This document shows, piece by piece, positions 55,657 through 64,000 of a stretch of DNA of 64,000 nucleotides; position 1 is the first letter of the stretch; each line of letters starts with the position of its first letter. Where the stretch lies: contig DYOK01000001.1 of assembly GCA_020720565.1 (NCBI GenBank), forward strand, positions 7,334 through 71,333, read 5' to 3'. Under the pieces are notes generated by a model that made no database searches, was not told the origin of the DNA, and was given only the letters and a program-made list of their open reading frames with translations. The stretch is from Acetofilamentum sp. GTDB lineage: Bacteria; Bacteroidota; Bacteroidia; Bacteroidales; JAFGXI01. The translations under genes were made by a program, and so were the position numbers.

Positions 55657-56347
55657 TATACTCTAGTATTCTGTTTAAGCCTATCAAGACTAAATTTTCG
55701 ATTGCAAAGATGGTTTTTTTTGTTCGTTTGACAAAGTAAAACGCATCACCTCCTGTAAAAAAAATTGCTAAACGAGGATTTTTTTGTTGATAATATTTAA
55801 TGTAACCTTCAATTTCGTGAACCAGTCCTAGTATTACCCCGCTCCTAATGGCCATTTCGGTGGTCGAAGCCGCATATTTTATTTGACCTTCTGGTTTTAC
55901 CAACGGAAGTTTATCGGTAAAATTGTGCAAAGCATTAAATCTTAATTGTAAACCTGGAGAAATCGTGCCCCCCATATACCCTTTTTTTTGACTGTAAAAA
56001 TCTACAGTTAATGCAGTACCAAAGTCGAACAGTAGTATCTCTTTATTGGGTTCCAATTGTGTTGCCCCGATTATCCCCGCTAATCGATCGGTACCAAGTG
56101 TTGTGCATTTGTAATTATTTGTAATGGGAATTGGTGTCGAAATTTGATAATGTAAACAATTTTCTTTTAATAGTTTTGTATCTATATTTCGAGTCGACGA
56201 TACAATGGCTTTTAGGTGTGGATAGTGATCAAATATCCAATCTAAAGAGACCACATCATTCAAAAAAACATCGACACTTTTTAGACTATTGTGCTCAAAA
56301 ATAGCCACCTTTGTTCTAGAATTACCAATATCAATCACTAAATTCAT
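55646..56347 (-). CDS. coaX: Type III pantothenate kinase
   Basis: MNLVIDIGNSRTKVAIF, GTDR and DFGTALT motifs. Confidence 0.9.
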   Translation of the reverse strand: MNLVIDIGNSRTKVAIFEHNSLKSVDVFLNDVVSLDWIFDHYPHLKAIVSSTRNIDTKLLKENCLHYQISTPIPITNNYKCTTLGTDRLAGIIGATQLEPNKEILLFDFGTALTVDFYSQKKGYMGGTISPGLQLRFNALHNFTDKLPLVKPEGQIKYAASTTEMAIRSGVILGLVHEIEGYIKYYQQKNPRLAIFFTGGDAFYFVKRTKKTIFAIENLVLIGLNRILEYNVK

Positions 56348-56414
56348 ATCTCATTTTTTTTATATATCTTCATGCCTCAAAAGTATTAAGAAAGTTTATT
56401 TTATAAAAACGCTC

Positions 56415-58997
56415 ATGAATCATAAGAAAATAGTTATAATTGAGAAAGACAAAATACTTAAAAGCATACTTGAACTTTTTGTAGAACAGCTTGGGCACGA
56501 GATCGTAGGCTCTTTTTTTAATTTTAGAGAAAGTTTAGAGACCCTTAAAAAACAGCCCGTCGAAATTTTGTTAATCGATTTAAACGGATTCGAAAACCCG
56601 CTAAAAATTAAAGACGATATAAAAAGTATCGAAAATTTTCATTTCCCAACGCTTTTTATTGGTAATGCAGAAGATATTGAAATTGCAAAAAAAATGATTG
56701 GCTTGTACATATACGCTTATATGTCAAAACCGATTAGTAAAGATGTGCTCAAAATTAATATCGATATTGCAAACTCTAAACATGGACGAATTGCCGAGTC
56801 TGAACATCATCAAATGTTCGAAAAGTGTAAAATCAAATGTAATGTTGACCAAAATGGTCATATAGTTGAGTATAGCCCATTATTTCCAGCCTTTTTTACA
56901 AAAGGTAATACTGACATACTTGGAATAAAACTTTGTGATATTTTTAATCAAGATGCTAATTTAAAACGCTTTGAACAATTTGCCAAATCGGCACAAGAAA
57001 ACGAATCTTCGAATACAGTTTTTCAGATTAATGATCGTTTTTACGAGGCTTTTTTTCAAAAAAAATCAAATGTACTTTATACCATTTGTTTTAGACAACC
57101 CATATTCGAAAAAGAGTTGGTTTTTAAGTCTAGCTTAATCGAAAATCAGTTTCAATCACTCTTCAACCACAGTCGAGAAAATTTGCTTTTTTTCGATATC
57201 AATTTATTACTTTCAAAATATAATAACGCCGCAAAAGAGTCGTATAAATCTATCATGGGCAAGGAATTATATACAGGAATGAGTTTGCGCCAAGTGCTAC
57301 ATTTCTTGCCTCAGAACGAATACGAACATGTAATAGAGTCTGTTAAAATACCTGCCGAACATATATTAAACAGAATTGTACACGGTGTTGCACAAGACTA
57401 TAGGCTCGAAATAAAAGTAGCTCCAATAGTTCATAGTTCTGATAGCTCATTTAATGGTGTACTGATATCAACAATTGATTTAAGTTATGTCAATCGACTC
57501 GAAAAAGAAATTATTAGTTTAAAAGATGAACTAAAGCCTGTTTACGAAAGCACCATTCAACGGTTTTACCTTACAGACAGTAATAAAAAAATCTTAGCTT
57601 TTAATAATTCTGCTTTGAAAATTATTCAAATGGAATTTAATCACACCTTAAAAAAAGGTGATGATATTAGTCGATTTGTACCGAAAGAAGTTGGCCTAGA
57701 AGAATTTGATAATGTATTTTCTAGAGCATTAAAAGGTGAACACATCAGTTTTAAAACAAAAATCGTATCATCAATTGGTGAATATTGGAACGAAGTGCAT
57801 TACGAACCTGTAATTAACGAAAACGGGGACTTAAATCGAGTATTAATTTGGACACTTGATATTACCGATTCTGAAAAAAACCTTATTGCTCTTAATGAAA
57901 GTAATCAGCGATACGAATTGGTTGCGAAAGGCGGTAACGATGGCTTATGGGACTGGAATCTTAAAAATAACGAGGTTTATTTTTCGCCTCGATGGAAAAA
58001 TTTACTTGGATACGACGAAGAAGAGATTGAAAACGAATATGGTGTTCGCAATGCACTTACCCACCCCGACGACAGACCAGAAAGCGAAAGACATCTTAAA
58101 CAATCTTTAGAAAAAAGTTCCGATATATTCCAGAACGAAATTAGACTTCTATGTAAAGACAAACAATACAAATGGGTACTCGAACGTGGAATAATCTTAA
58201 GAGACCAAAACAACAAACCGTACCGGATGGCAGGTTCAATTACCGATATCACCGATAGAAAAGAAACCGAAGTGGCTTTGCTTCAGTTGAATCGTTCATT
58301 ACTCGAAGAACGAGCCATGTTTATAAAAGGACATGTGGGCATTATTCGTGTCAATGCTCAAGATTTGACCAAAGTAAGTTATGTGTCGGAAAACTCTGTC
58401 GATATTACAGGGTATACACCACGCGAATTTTACACCAATAAAGTCCCTTTACGCGACATAATTCATCCCGAAGATAAATTTAGACATAAAAAAGAACGTG
58501 ATTATGCGATAGAACATAATCAAACTCATATCGACTTTAGTCATTACAGATTGATTAAAAAAAACGGTAGTGTAATTTGGGTTAAAGACTTTACAACCAT
58601 ATTAAAAGATGAAAATGGGCATGTAAAAGACTTATTAGGCTACTTTATCGACATTTCCGATTCGAAAAAAGTTGAAATTGAGTACGAACAACTACAAAGC
58701 ATGTTCTCTGCCATATGGAACGTATTTCCTTTCGAATTATTTATAGTTCAATCGAATGGCAGAATCGTTTTTAGTAGGAATCAGAACAATTACAATTTAG
58801 CAAAGTTAGTTAACAATGAAATTTATATCCAAAATATTTTTCACTCGGTATCCGATTGGACTTCGATTTCGCATAAGGTTTTACAAAAAAGCGAAACAGT
58901 AGGCATCAAGATACAAAAATCGGAAGGTCAATTTGAGATTACTTTCTCGAAAATAGACCAAGACCGAATATTAGTATCGAGCAATATTCCATTCTAA
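56415..58997 (+). CDS. Receiver-like domain followed by multiple PAS domains; no recognisable output domain
   Basis: The ATG at 56415 (MNHKKIVIIEKDK) avoids overlap with coaX. REC-like fold (ILLIDL, SKP) followed by at least 4 PAS/PAC-like modules (e.g. DGLWDWNLKNNEVYFSPRWKNLLGY). Confidence 0.8.
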   Translation: MNHKKIVIIEKDKILKSILELFVEQLGHEIVGSFFNFRESLETLKKQPVEILLIDLNGFENPLKIKDDIKSIENFHFPTLFIGNAEDIEIAKKMIGLYIYAYMSKPISKDVLKINIDIANSKHGRIAESEHHQMFEKCKIKCNVDQNGHIVEYSPLFPAFFTKGNTDILGIKLCDIFNQDANLKRFEQFAKSAQENESSNTVFQINDRFYEAFFQKKSNVLYTICFRQPIFEKELVFKSSLIENQFQSLFNHSRENLLFFDINLLLSKYNNAAKESYKSIMGKELYTGMSLRQVLHFLPQNEYEHVIESVKIPAEHILNRIVHGVAQDYRLEIKVAPIVHSSDSSFNGVLISTIDLSYVNRLEKEIISLKDELKPVYESTIQRFYLTDSNKKILAFNNSALKIIQMEFNHTLKKGDDISRFVPKEVGLEEFDNVFSRALKGEHISFKTKIVSSIGEYWNEVHYEPVINENGDLNRVLIWTLDITDSEKNLIALNESNQRYELVAKGGNDGLWDWNLKNNEVYFSPRWKNLLGYDEEEIENEYGVRNALTHPDDRPESERHLKQSLEKSSDIFQNEIRLLCKDKQYKWVLERGIILRDQNNKPYRMAGSITDITDRKETEVALLQLNRSLLEERAMFIKGHVGIIRVNAQDLTKVSYVSENSVDITGYTPREFYTNKVPLRDIIHPEDKFRHKKERDYAIEHNQTHIDFSHYRLIKKNGSVIWVKDFTTILKDENGHVKDLLGYFIDISDSKKVEIEYEQLQSMFSAIWNVFPFELFIVQSNGRIVFSRNQNNYNLAKLVNNEIYIQNIFHSVSDWTSISHKVLQKSETVGIKIQKSEGQFEITFSKIDQDRILVSSNIPF

Positions 58998-59074
58998 TAA
59001 AAAAATTCGTACTGTAACATAAACCCCAATATTAACGTCTACCAAATCATTTAAAAATAATAATAAATCTTAAT

Positions 59075-60850
59075 ATGAAATCATTTTTTAAATTTACATT
59101 AGCCTCAATGTTAGGCTTTATTCTAGCTGGTATACTGCTAATTTTTGTAGTTGCAGGCATAATAGGTGCTATGATAGCGGCTGCCGGCGATGACACTGTT
59201 ACTCAAAAACCTAAAACAGTGTTAACAATCGATTTGACGCAAGGTGTTACAGAACGCACATCGAAAAATCCATTAGAAAATTTTAATTTTCAGGCGTTTA
59301 AATCTGAAAATAAAATCGGCTTAAACGATATTTTAAGCCAAATTGAAAGAGCTAAAACAGATGAAAATATTAAAGGAATTTACATCAACTCTAGCTCAAT
59401 CGAAGCAGGCATTTCTACTGTTGAGGAAATTAGAAATGCATTAATCGACTTTAAAACCAGCGGTAAGTTTATCTTATCATATAACGAGGTGTATTCTCAA
59501 GGCGCATATTATTTGGCTTCTGTATCGAATAAAATTTATCTTAATCCAGAAGGTTTAGTCGATTTTAAAGGGCTTTCGGCTCAAATTATGTTTTATAAAG
59601 ACGCACTCGATAAATTAGGCGTTGAGCCCATTATTATTAGAGGTAAAAACAATAAATTTAAAAGTGCGGTTGAGCCTTATATGTATAATCATATCAGTGA
59701 AGCCAACAAATTGCAAACATTAACTTATATGGGCTCTATTTGGAATCATATTTTAAAGGGAATTTCTGATACTAGAAAAATTTCTGTTGATCAACTCAAT
59801 GTTATGGCTGATAGCATGTATGTGAATAGTGCTAAAGCAGCCAAAGAATACAAACTGGTCGACGATCTAAAGTATTACGACGAAGTATTAGCGGAGCTTA
59901 AAAAACTTTCTGACACTCCCGAAAAAGATGATATCAATTTTATGTCAATTTCTGAATATTCAAAAGTACCTCAATTAGCAACAGGCAAAGGAGTTTCTAA
60001 AAATAAAATTGCAGTAATCTATGCCACTGGTCAAATTGATATGGGCAAAGGAAGTGCAGAAGAGATCGGTTCTGAGGGCTTGTCGTCGGCCATTCGCAAA
60101 GCCAGACTTGATACTACAGTAAAAGCAATTGTTTTGCGTGTTAATTCACCTGGTGGTAGTGCTTTAGCCTCTGAAGTGATTTGGAGAGAGGTTGTTTTAG
60201 CCAAAAAAGCAAAGAAAGTTGTGGTTTCTATGGGAGATGTAGCTGCTTCTGGTGGATATTATATCGCTGCGCCCGCCGATAAAATCTATGCCAATCCGGT
60301 CACCATTACAGGATCAATTGGCGTATTTGGAATTTTGTGGAATGGTCAAAACTTAATGAATAAAATTGGTATTAATACCGATGCTGTAAATACCAATGCA
60401 CATTCTGATATAGGGAATATGTTTCGTCCGATGAGCGATGGCGAATATGCTGTTATTCAAAAAAGTGTCGAAGATATTTATGATGTCTTTTTAGGACACG
60501 TTGCCGAAGGCCGAAATAAAACCAAAGCCGAAATTGATTCTATTGGACAAGGCCGTGTTTGGAGTGGTTATAACGCCAAAGAAATTGGTCTTATTGACGA
60601 GTTCGGTGGATTAAACGATGCCATTAAAGGAGCTAAAGAATTAGCAAAATTAGATGATTATAGAGTGGTTGAATATCCTGAACAAAAAGAGCCTTTCGAG
60701 GAAATTATGGAGAGTTTTGGTGCAAAAGCACAGCTTTATTTTACCGAAAGTCAACTTGGTGAAACATTCAAATATTATCAACAAATTCAGAACTTAACTA
60801 AACTAAGAGGCGTTCAAGCTAGAATTCCTTTTGTTATCGAAATTAAATAA
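59075..60850 (+). CDS. sppA: Signal peptide peptidase SppA, 67K type
   Basis: N-terminal TM and two ClpP/crotonase-like halves. Catalytic region VVVSMGDVAASGGYYIA. The stop TAA lies in a repeat head. Confidence 0.92.
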   Translation: MKSFFKFTLASMLGFILAGILLIFVVAGIIGAMIAAAGDDTVTQKPKTVLTIDLTQGVTERTSKNPLENFNFQAFKSENKIGLNDILSQIERAKTDENIKGIYINSSSIEAGISTVEEIRNALIDFKTSGKFILSYNEVYSQGAYYLASVSNKIYLNPEGLVDFKGLSAQIMFYKDALDKLGVEPIIIRGKNNKFKSAVEPYMYNHISEANKLQTLTYMGSIWNHILKGISDTRKISVDQLNVMADSMYVNSAKAAKEYKLVDDLKYYDEVLAELKKLSDTPEKDDINFMSISEYSKVPQLATGKGVSKNKIAVIYATGQIDMGKGSAEEIGSEGLSSAIRKARLDTTVKAIVLRVNSPGGSALASEVIWREVVLAKKAKKVVVSMGDVAASGGYYIAAPADKIYANPVTITGSIGVFGILWNGQNLMNKIGINTDAVNTNAHSDIGNMFRPMSDGEYAVIQKSVEDIYDVFLGHVAEGRNKTKAEIDSIGQGRVWSGYNAKEIGLIDEFGGLNDAIKGAKELAKLDDYRVVEYPEQKEPFEEIMESFGAKAQLYFTESQLGETFKYYQQIQNLTKLRGVQARIPFVIEIK

Positions 60851-60905
60851 GTCTTAGACCTATTTTTAGAATTAACTAGCAGATTTTTAATCTTATAAAT
60901 TAGTA
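60848..60905 (+). repeat. Dispersed repeat, shorter copy
   Basis: TAAGTCTTAGACCTATTTTTAGAATTAACTAGCAGATTTTTAATCTTATAAATTAG. The head TAA is the sppA stop. Confidence 0.65.
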
Positions 60906-60936
60906 CACAAACAATATTGTTTTCATAAAACATAAT

Positions 60937-61890
60937 TTGGAAGGAGAAAAATCAAATATTGAATCACAAATTAAAGCCGAGGCCTTTCGCCTTGGCTTTT
61001 CTGACTGCGGTATTTCTGAAATAACGACTCAAAAAGTTGCCTTTAGCCATTATCAGAATTGGTTATCAAATGGTTTCCATGCACAAATGGAATATATGGA
61101 ACGAAACCAACAGCTCAGAGAAAATCCTGTTCGACTCATAGAAGGTGCTCAATCGGTGGTATCAGTTCTTTTAACATACAATATCCCAAGTCAAGACAAC
61201 AAAACCCAATTTGTTAATATCTCGAAATACGCCCAACATAGAGATTATCATAAGGTTATAAAAAAGAAGTTAAAGGCCTTATTGAAATATATTCAGACTC
61301 ATATTCCCCATGCAGACGCTCGTTTTTTTACCGATTCGGCGCCCCTATTCGAAAAAGCAATGGCACAACAAAGTGGACTGGGTTGGATCGGGAAAAATAC
61401 TTTGTTAATACACAAAAAGTTAGGCTCGTTTGTCTTTATAGGGGAACTCGTTTTAAATATTAAACTAAGTCCTGATACGCCACATCTACCCTACTGTGGT
61501 AATTGTACGCTTTGTATCGATTCTTGCCCAACCCATGCGATTGTAGCGCCTTATCAAGTAAATTCGAACCTTTGTATTTCGTATCAGACCATCGAAAATA
61601 AAGAATTAATTCCTGATTCGATGATTTCGAAAATACAGAATCATATTTTCGGATGTGATATTTGCCAAACCGTTTGCCCTTGGAATACAAAAAATTCTGT
61701 TTTTACCAAAGATGCTGACTTAAGTCTTAAAAACGCTATCCCAAATTTTAAACTGTCTGAAATACTCGAAATGACGCCTATAAATTTCGAAGAAACATTC
61801 GAAGGTTCGCCCATTAAACGTGCTGGCTATGAAAAAATAAAACAAACAGCCAATCAGATTTATTTGAGCCAATCTAAAAAAAATAGATAA
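60937..61890 (+). CDS. queG: Epoxyqueuosine reductase
   Basis: Two ferredoxin-type clusters (CGNCTLCIDSCP and CDICQTVCPWN) and GLGWIGKNTLLI. The start codon is TTG. Confidence 0.9.
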   Translation: MEGEKSNIESQIKAEAFRLGFSDCGISEITTQKVAFSHYQNWLSNGFHAQMEYMERNQQLRENPVRLIEGAQSVVSVLLTYNIPSQDNKTQFVNISKYAQHRDYHKVIKKKLKALLKYIQTHIPHADARFFTDSAPLFEKAMAQQSGLGWIGKNTLLIHKKLGSFVFIGELVLNIKLSPDTPHLPYCGNCTLCIDSCPTHAIVAPYQVNSNLCISYQTIENKELIPDSMISKIQNHIFGCDICQTVCPWNTKNSVFTKDADLSLKNAIPNFKLSEILEMTPINFEETFEGSPIKRAGYEKIKQTANQIYLSQSKKNR

Positions 61891-62018
61891 TCCCCAAAAA
61901 ATTTATTTGAAGTTGCCATAACATTCACAATACTAATTAAGTTTTTTTAAAATATTAGATTTGCTTATCAACTAGAGTGCATATATATTTGTGGTCGAAA
62001 TTAAAAATTATAAAAATT

Positions 62019-62780
62019 ATGTTTGGAAATTCTTCAAATCCTATTTTACAAGAAAAAACGTTCAACAAAGAGCGCGTTTATGGTAACAGTGCAACCATGA
62101 CCGTGAATGGAACCATCGAAAAAACAGGCGTTTTACTATTAATCTTAATTGTGGCTGCTTCGTATACTTGGCAAATGGCTTTCAATTCGGGTGATATCGA
62201 AAATGCTTCGGCTAGCATGTTCCCTTGGATGATTGGCGGTGCAATTGGTGGATTGGTCGTTGCCATTGCGATGATGTTTATGCATAAATATGCGGCATAT
62301 CTTGCTCCTATTTATGCCGTTTTAGAAGGATTATTTATTGGTGCTATTTCTGCATTTTTTGAATTTATGTATCCAGGTGTTGTTATGAATGCTGTTTTAG
62401 GCACATTTGGAACTTTCTTAGTGATGCTTTTTGCCTATCGAACAGGCTTGATAAAAGTTACCGAAAAATTACGTGCAGTTATTATTGGAGCTACCATTGC
62501 AGTAGGAATTACCTATTTGCTTACATGGGTACTCGGTATGTTTGGTGTAAATATGGGCTTTATGCACGGCAATGGGCTTTTAAGTATTGGCATTTCGTTG
62601 GCTGTCATTGTAATTGCTGCCTTTAATTTACTTCTCGATTTCGATATGATCGAAAGAGGTGCTCAAAGTGGTGCTCCTAAATATATGGAATGGATTGGTG
62701 CATTTGGTTTGTTGGTTACTTTGGTATGGCTCTATATCGAATTTTTAAAGTTATTATCGAAACTACAAAGCAGAGATTAA
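62019..62780 (+). CDS. Bax inhibitor-1/YccA family membrane protein
   Basis: MFGNSSNPIL start followed by seven TM helices. I prefer the ATG at 62019 to the upstream non-ATG start at 61977. Confidence 0.85.
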   Translation: MFGNSSNPILQEKTFNKERVYGNSATMTVNGTIEKTGVLLLILIVAASYTWQMAFNSGDIENASASMFPWMIGGAIGGLVVAIAMMFMHKYAAYLAPIYAVLEGLFIGAISAFFEFMYPGVVMNAVLGTFGTFLVMLFAYRTGLIKVTEKLRAVIIGATIAVGITYLLTWVLGMFGVNMGFMHGNGLLSIGISLAVIVIAAFNLLLDFDMIERGAQSGAPKYMEWIGAFGLLVTLVWLYIEFLKLLSKLQSRD

Positions 62781-62801
62781 AACATCTTGTATCAGTTTTT
62801 A

Positions 62802-62828
62802 AAGAGGCTTTTCAAGCCTCTTTTTTTT
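62802..62828 (+). terminator. Hairpin plus T-run after the Bax inhibitor-1 family gene
   Basis: AAGAGGCTT-ttc-AAGCCTCTT is a 9-bp stem followed by TTTTTT. Confidence 0.7.
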
Positions 62829-62841
62829 GTTCAAAATCATT

Positions 62842-62905
62842 TAAGGTCTTCGACCTATTTATTATTTATCACTACTTTCCGAAACTTTAAAACGGAAATT
62901 ACTTG
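62842..62905 (+). repeat. Dispersed repeat, copy with divergent body
   Basis: TAAGGTCTTCGACCTATTTATTATTTATCACTAC... The head is perfect and the body diverges. Confidence 0.65.
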
Positions 62906-62990
62906 CAACTTTTCATGTTTTACAGGCGATTGCTCTGAAAAAAGTGCATTCAGTAATTTTTGCTAAAAGGTACGTATTTGTTTACTCCAC

Positions 62991-63071
62991 TAAGGTCTCC
63001 GACCTATTTATTGGTTTGTAACTATCTATTTATTAGTACTCTAGCTTAAAAAATACGACATTAAATTATTC
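62991..63071 (+). repeat. Dispersed repeat, full copy
   Basis: TAAGGTCTCCGACCTATTTATTGGTTTGTAACTATCTATTTATTAGTACTCTAGCTTAAAAAATACGACATTAAATTATTC. Confidence 0.8.
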
Positions 63072-63325
63072 TAACTACTTATTTAAGCTTTGAATACATT
63101 TGTAGCATCAATGGGAAGGTCAATAGAGTGGAAATGCCACCCGGAAAAACATTGTTCGATATAGATAAATTCCCTGTTCAGACAGATTTGTTCAGCGTAA
63201 TTAATTGATTATGTATGAAATACATTTTTGAAAATTATTTTTTTTACAATTTGCAAAGAGACAAATCTTACACTACATTGGGCACAGTGATGACTTCAAA
63301 GCTTTTTAAGTTTTTCTAGTTTGCT

Positions 63326-64000
63326 TTACAATGTACCAAAATATAATAACAATGCAATCAGAGATATAAATCCAATAATAATACCCGCAATTGCTAAGCC
63401 TTTTAATGGTCTACCAGGACCCATACCAATTATTCCAAAAATAATGGCTGCTGGAGCCAATATAATCCCAAAAATGAAAAGACCAACTAACGAAGCAATA
63501 AATGACAAAATACCAAAAACAGATGAGCGTTTTGGAGGTTCCGGTTGCCTGGTATTTTCTGTGCCATTTATAAAATTTTCTTTTGAAATTGCAGGACTTT
63601 CTTTTATCACGTCTTTAGTCCCGTCAGGATATTTAATCAAAAATACTTCTTGCTTTGATATTGTGTATAACACTTCAGAGCTAGAATTACATTTTTGGTA
63701 TTTGATGTCAGTAGTGGTTACTTCAATAACTTTAGCCGATATTTCATCACCATCTTTTAAGACGATGATATCACAAGCGGCGCTGTCGTCAACCATCTGT
63801 ATGTTTTGGTCAGGTGATACAACTATTTGCTCGATTTGATGATTATTTGAGGCCTCAACAATAGAAGTCTCATTTTTTACATCATTAAAATAGGTTTCAG
63901 ATTCGCTAACAATTCCTTGAGAGACTATGTTATTGTCAATTGGTTGAGGTTTCGAATTGTATTTTTTATGAACTTTACTTTTAGTTTCGATGTGATAACC
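63326..64000 (-). CDS. Membrane protein with C-terminal DUF4190-like double-TM region (5' end may lie outside window)
   Basis: C-terminal GILSFIASLVGLFIFGIILAPAAIIFGIIG...GLAIAGIIIGFISL pattern. By hand translation the frame stays open from the Met at 63796 up to base 64000. The opposite-strand ORF 63321..63839 looks like antisense noise. Confidence 0.6.
   Translation of the reverse strand, partial: GYHIETKSKVHKKYNSKPQPIDNNIVSQGIVSESETYFNDVKNETSIVEASNNHQIEQIVVSPDQNIQMVDDSAACDIIVLKDGDEISAKVIEVTTTDIKYQKCNSSSEVLYTISKQEVFLIKYPDGTKDVIKESPAISKENFINGTENTRQPEPPKRSSVFGILSFIASLVGLFIFGIILAPAAIIFGIIGMGPGRPLKGLAIAGIIIGFISLIALLLYFGTL

Noticed and set aside
1060-63071. Possibility that the recurring TAAGGTCTTCGACC units are a CRISPR array
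   Set aside because: Copies are kilobases apart, occur in both orientations, are separated by genes and have a long variable body. No cas genes are present. This is a dispersed repeat family, not a CRISPR array.
63321-63839. 172-aa plus-strand ORF opposite the DUF4190-like gene
   Set aside because: The minus-strand frame carries a recognisable double-TM DUF4190-like motif and stays open to the window edge. The plus-strand product is Pro/Ile-rich antisense-type sequence.

Overview
AT-rich chromosomal segment. Its gene content, TAnnTTTG-type promoter boxes and lineage-typical families (DUF4295 after rpmB-rpmG, DUF4293, DUF1573, long PurM, type III CoaX, LptC/TPR neighbourhood) point to a Bacteroidota, Flavobacteriia-like genome. 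All calls come from reading the translations and motifs from memory; no database search was run. I support about 54 protein genes, nearly all housekeeping: gyrA, clpC, efp, lpxB/lpxD, surE, ftsY, rpmB/rpmG, cinA, purH/purM, pyrF, prfA, coaD/coaX, fabG, queG, sppA, mqnB/mqnD, meaB. There are also several sensor proteins and many secreted TPR, lipoprotein or OmpA-type proteins. I saw no rRNA, tRNA, CRISPR array, transposase, integrase or phage genes, so this is core genome rather than an accessory island. The strongest unexplained signal is non-coding: a dispersed 60-90 bp repeat family with at least 16 copies. Its conserved head TAAGGTCTTCGACCTATTT contains a 5-bp hairpin, and in eight cases its TAA is the stop codon of the upstream gene. 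Secondary points are listed here. (1) A thioredoxin-reductase paralog lacks the HRRxxxR NADPH-phosphate motif and sits next to a Trx-fold protein without WCGPC. (2) Two large sensor proteins have no recognisable output domain, and one carries an internal tandem duplication. (3) A canonical ornithine carbamoyltransferase plus carbamate kinase pair has no arcA nearby. (4) A solitary RhuM-family gene lies between core genes. (5) A DUF4295 gene falls below the ORF-track length cutoff. I found no clear multi-gene novel system such as a defence or toxin locus, and I do not claim one.
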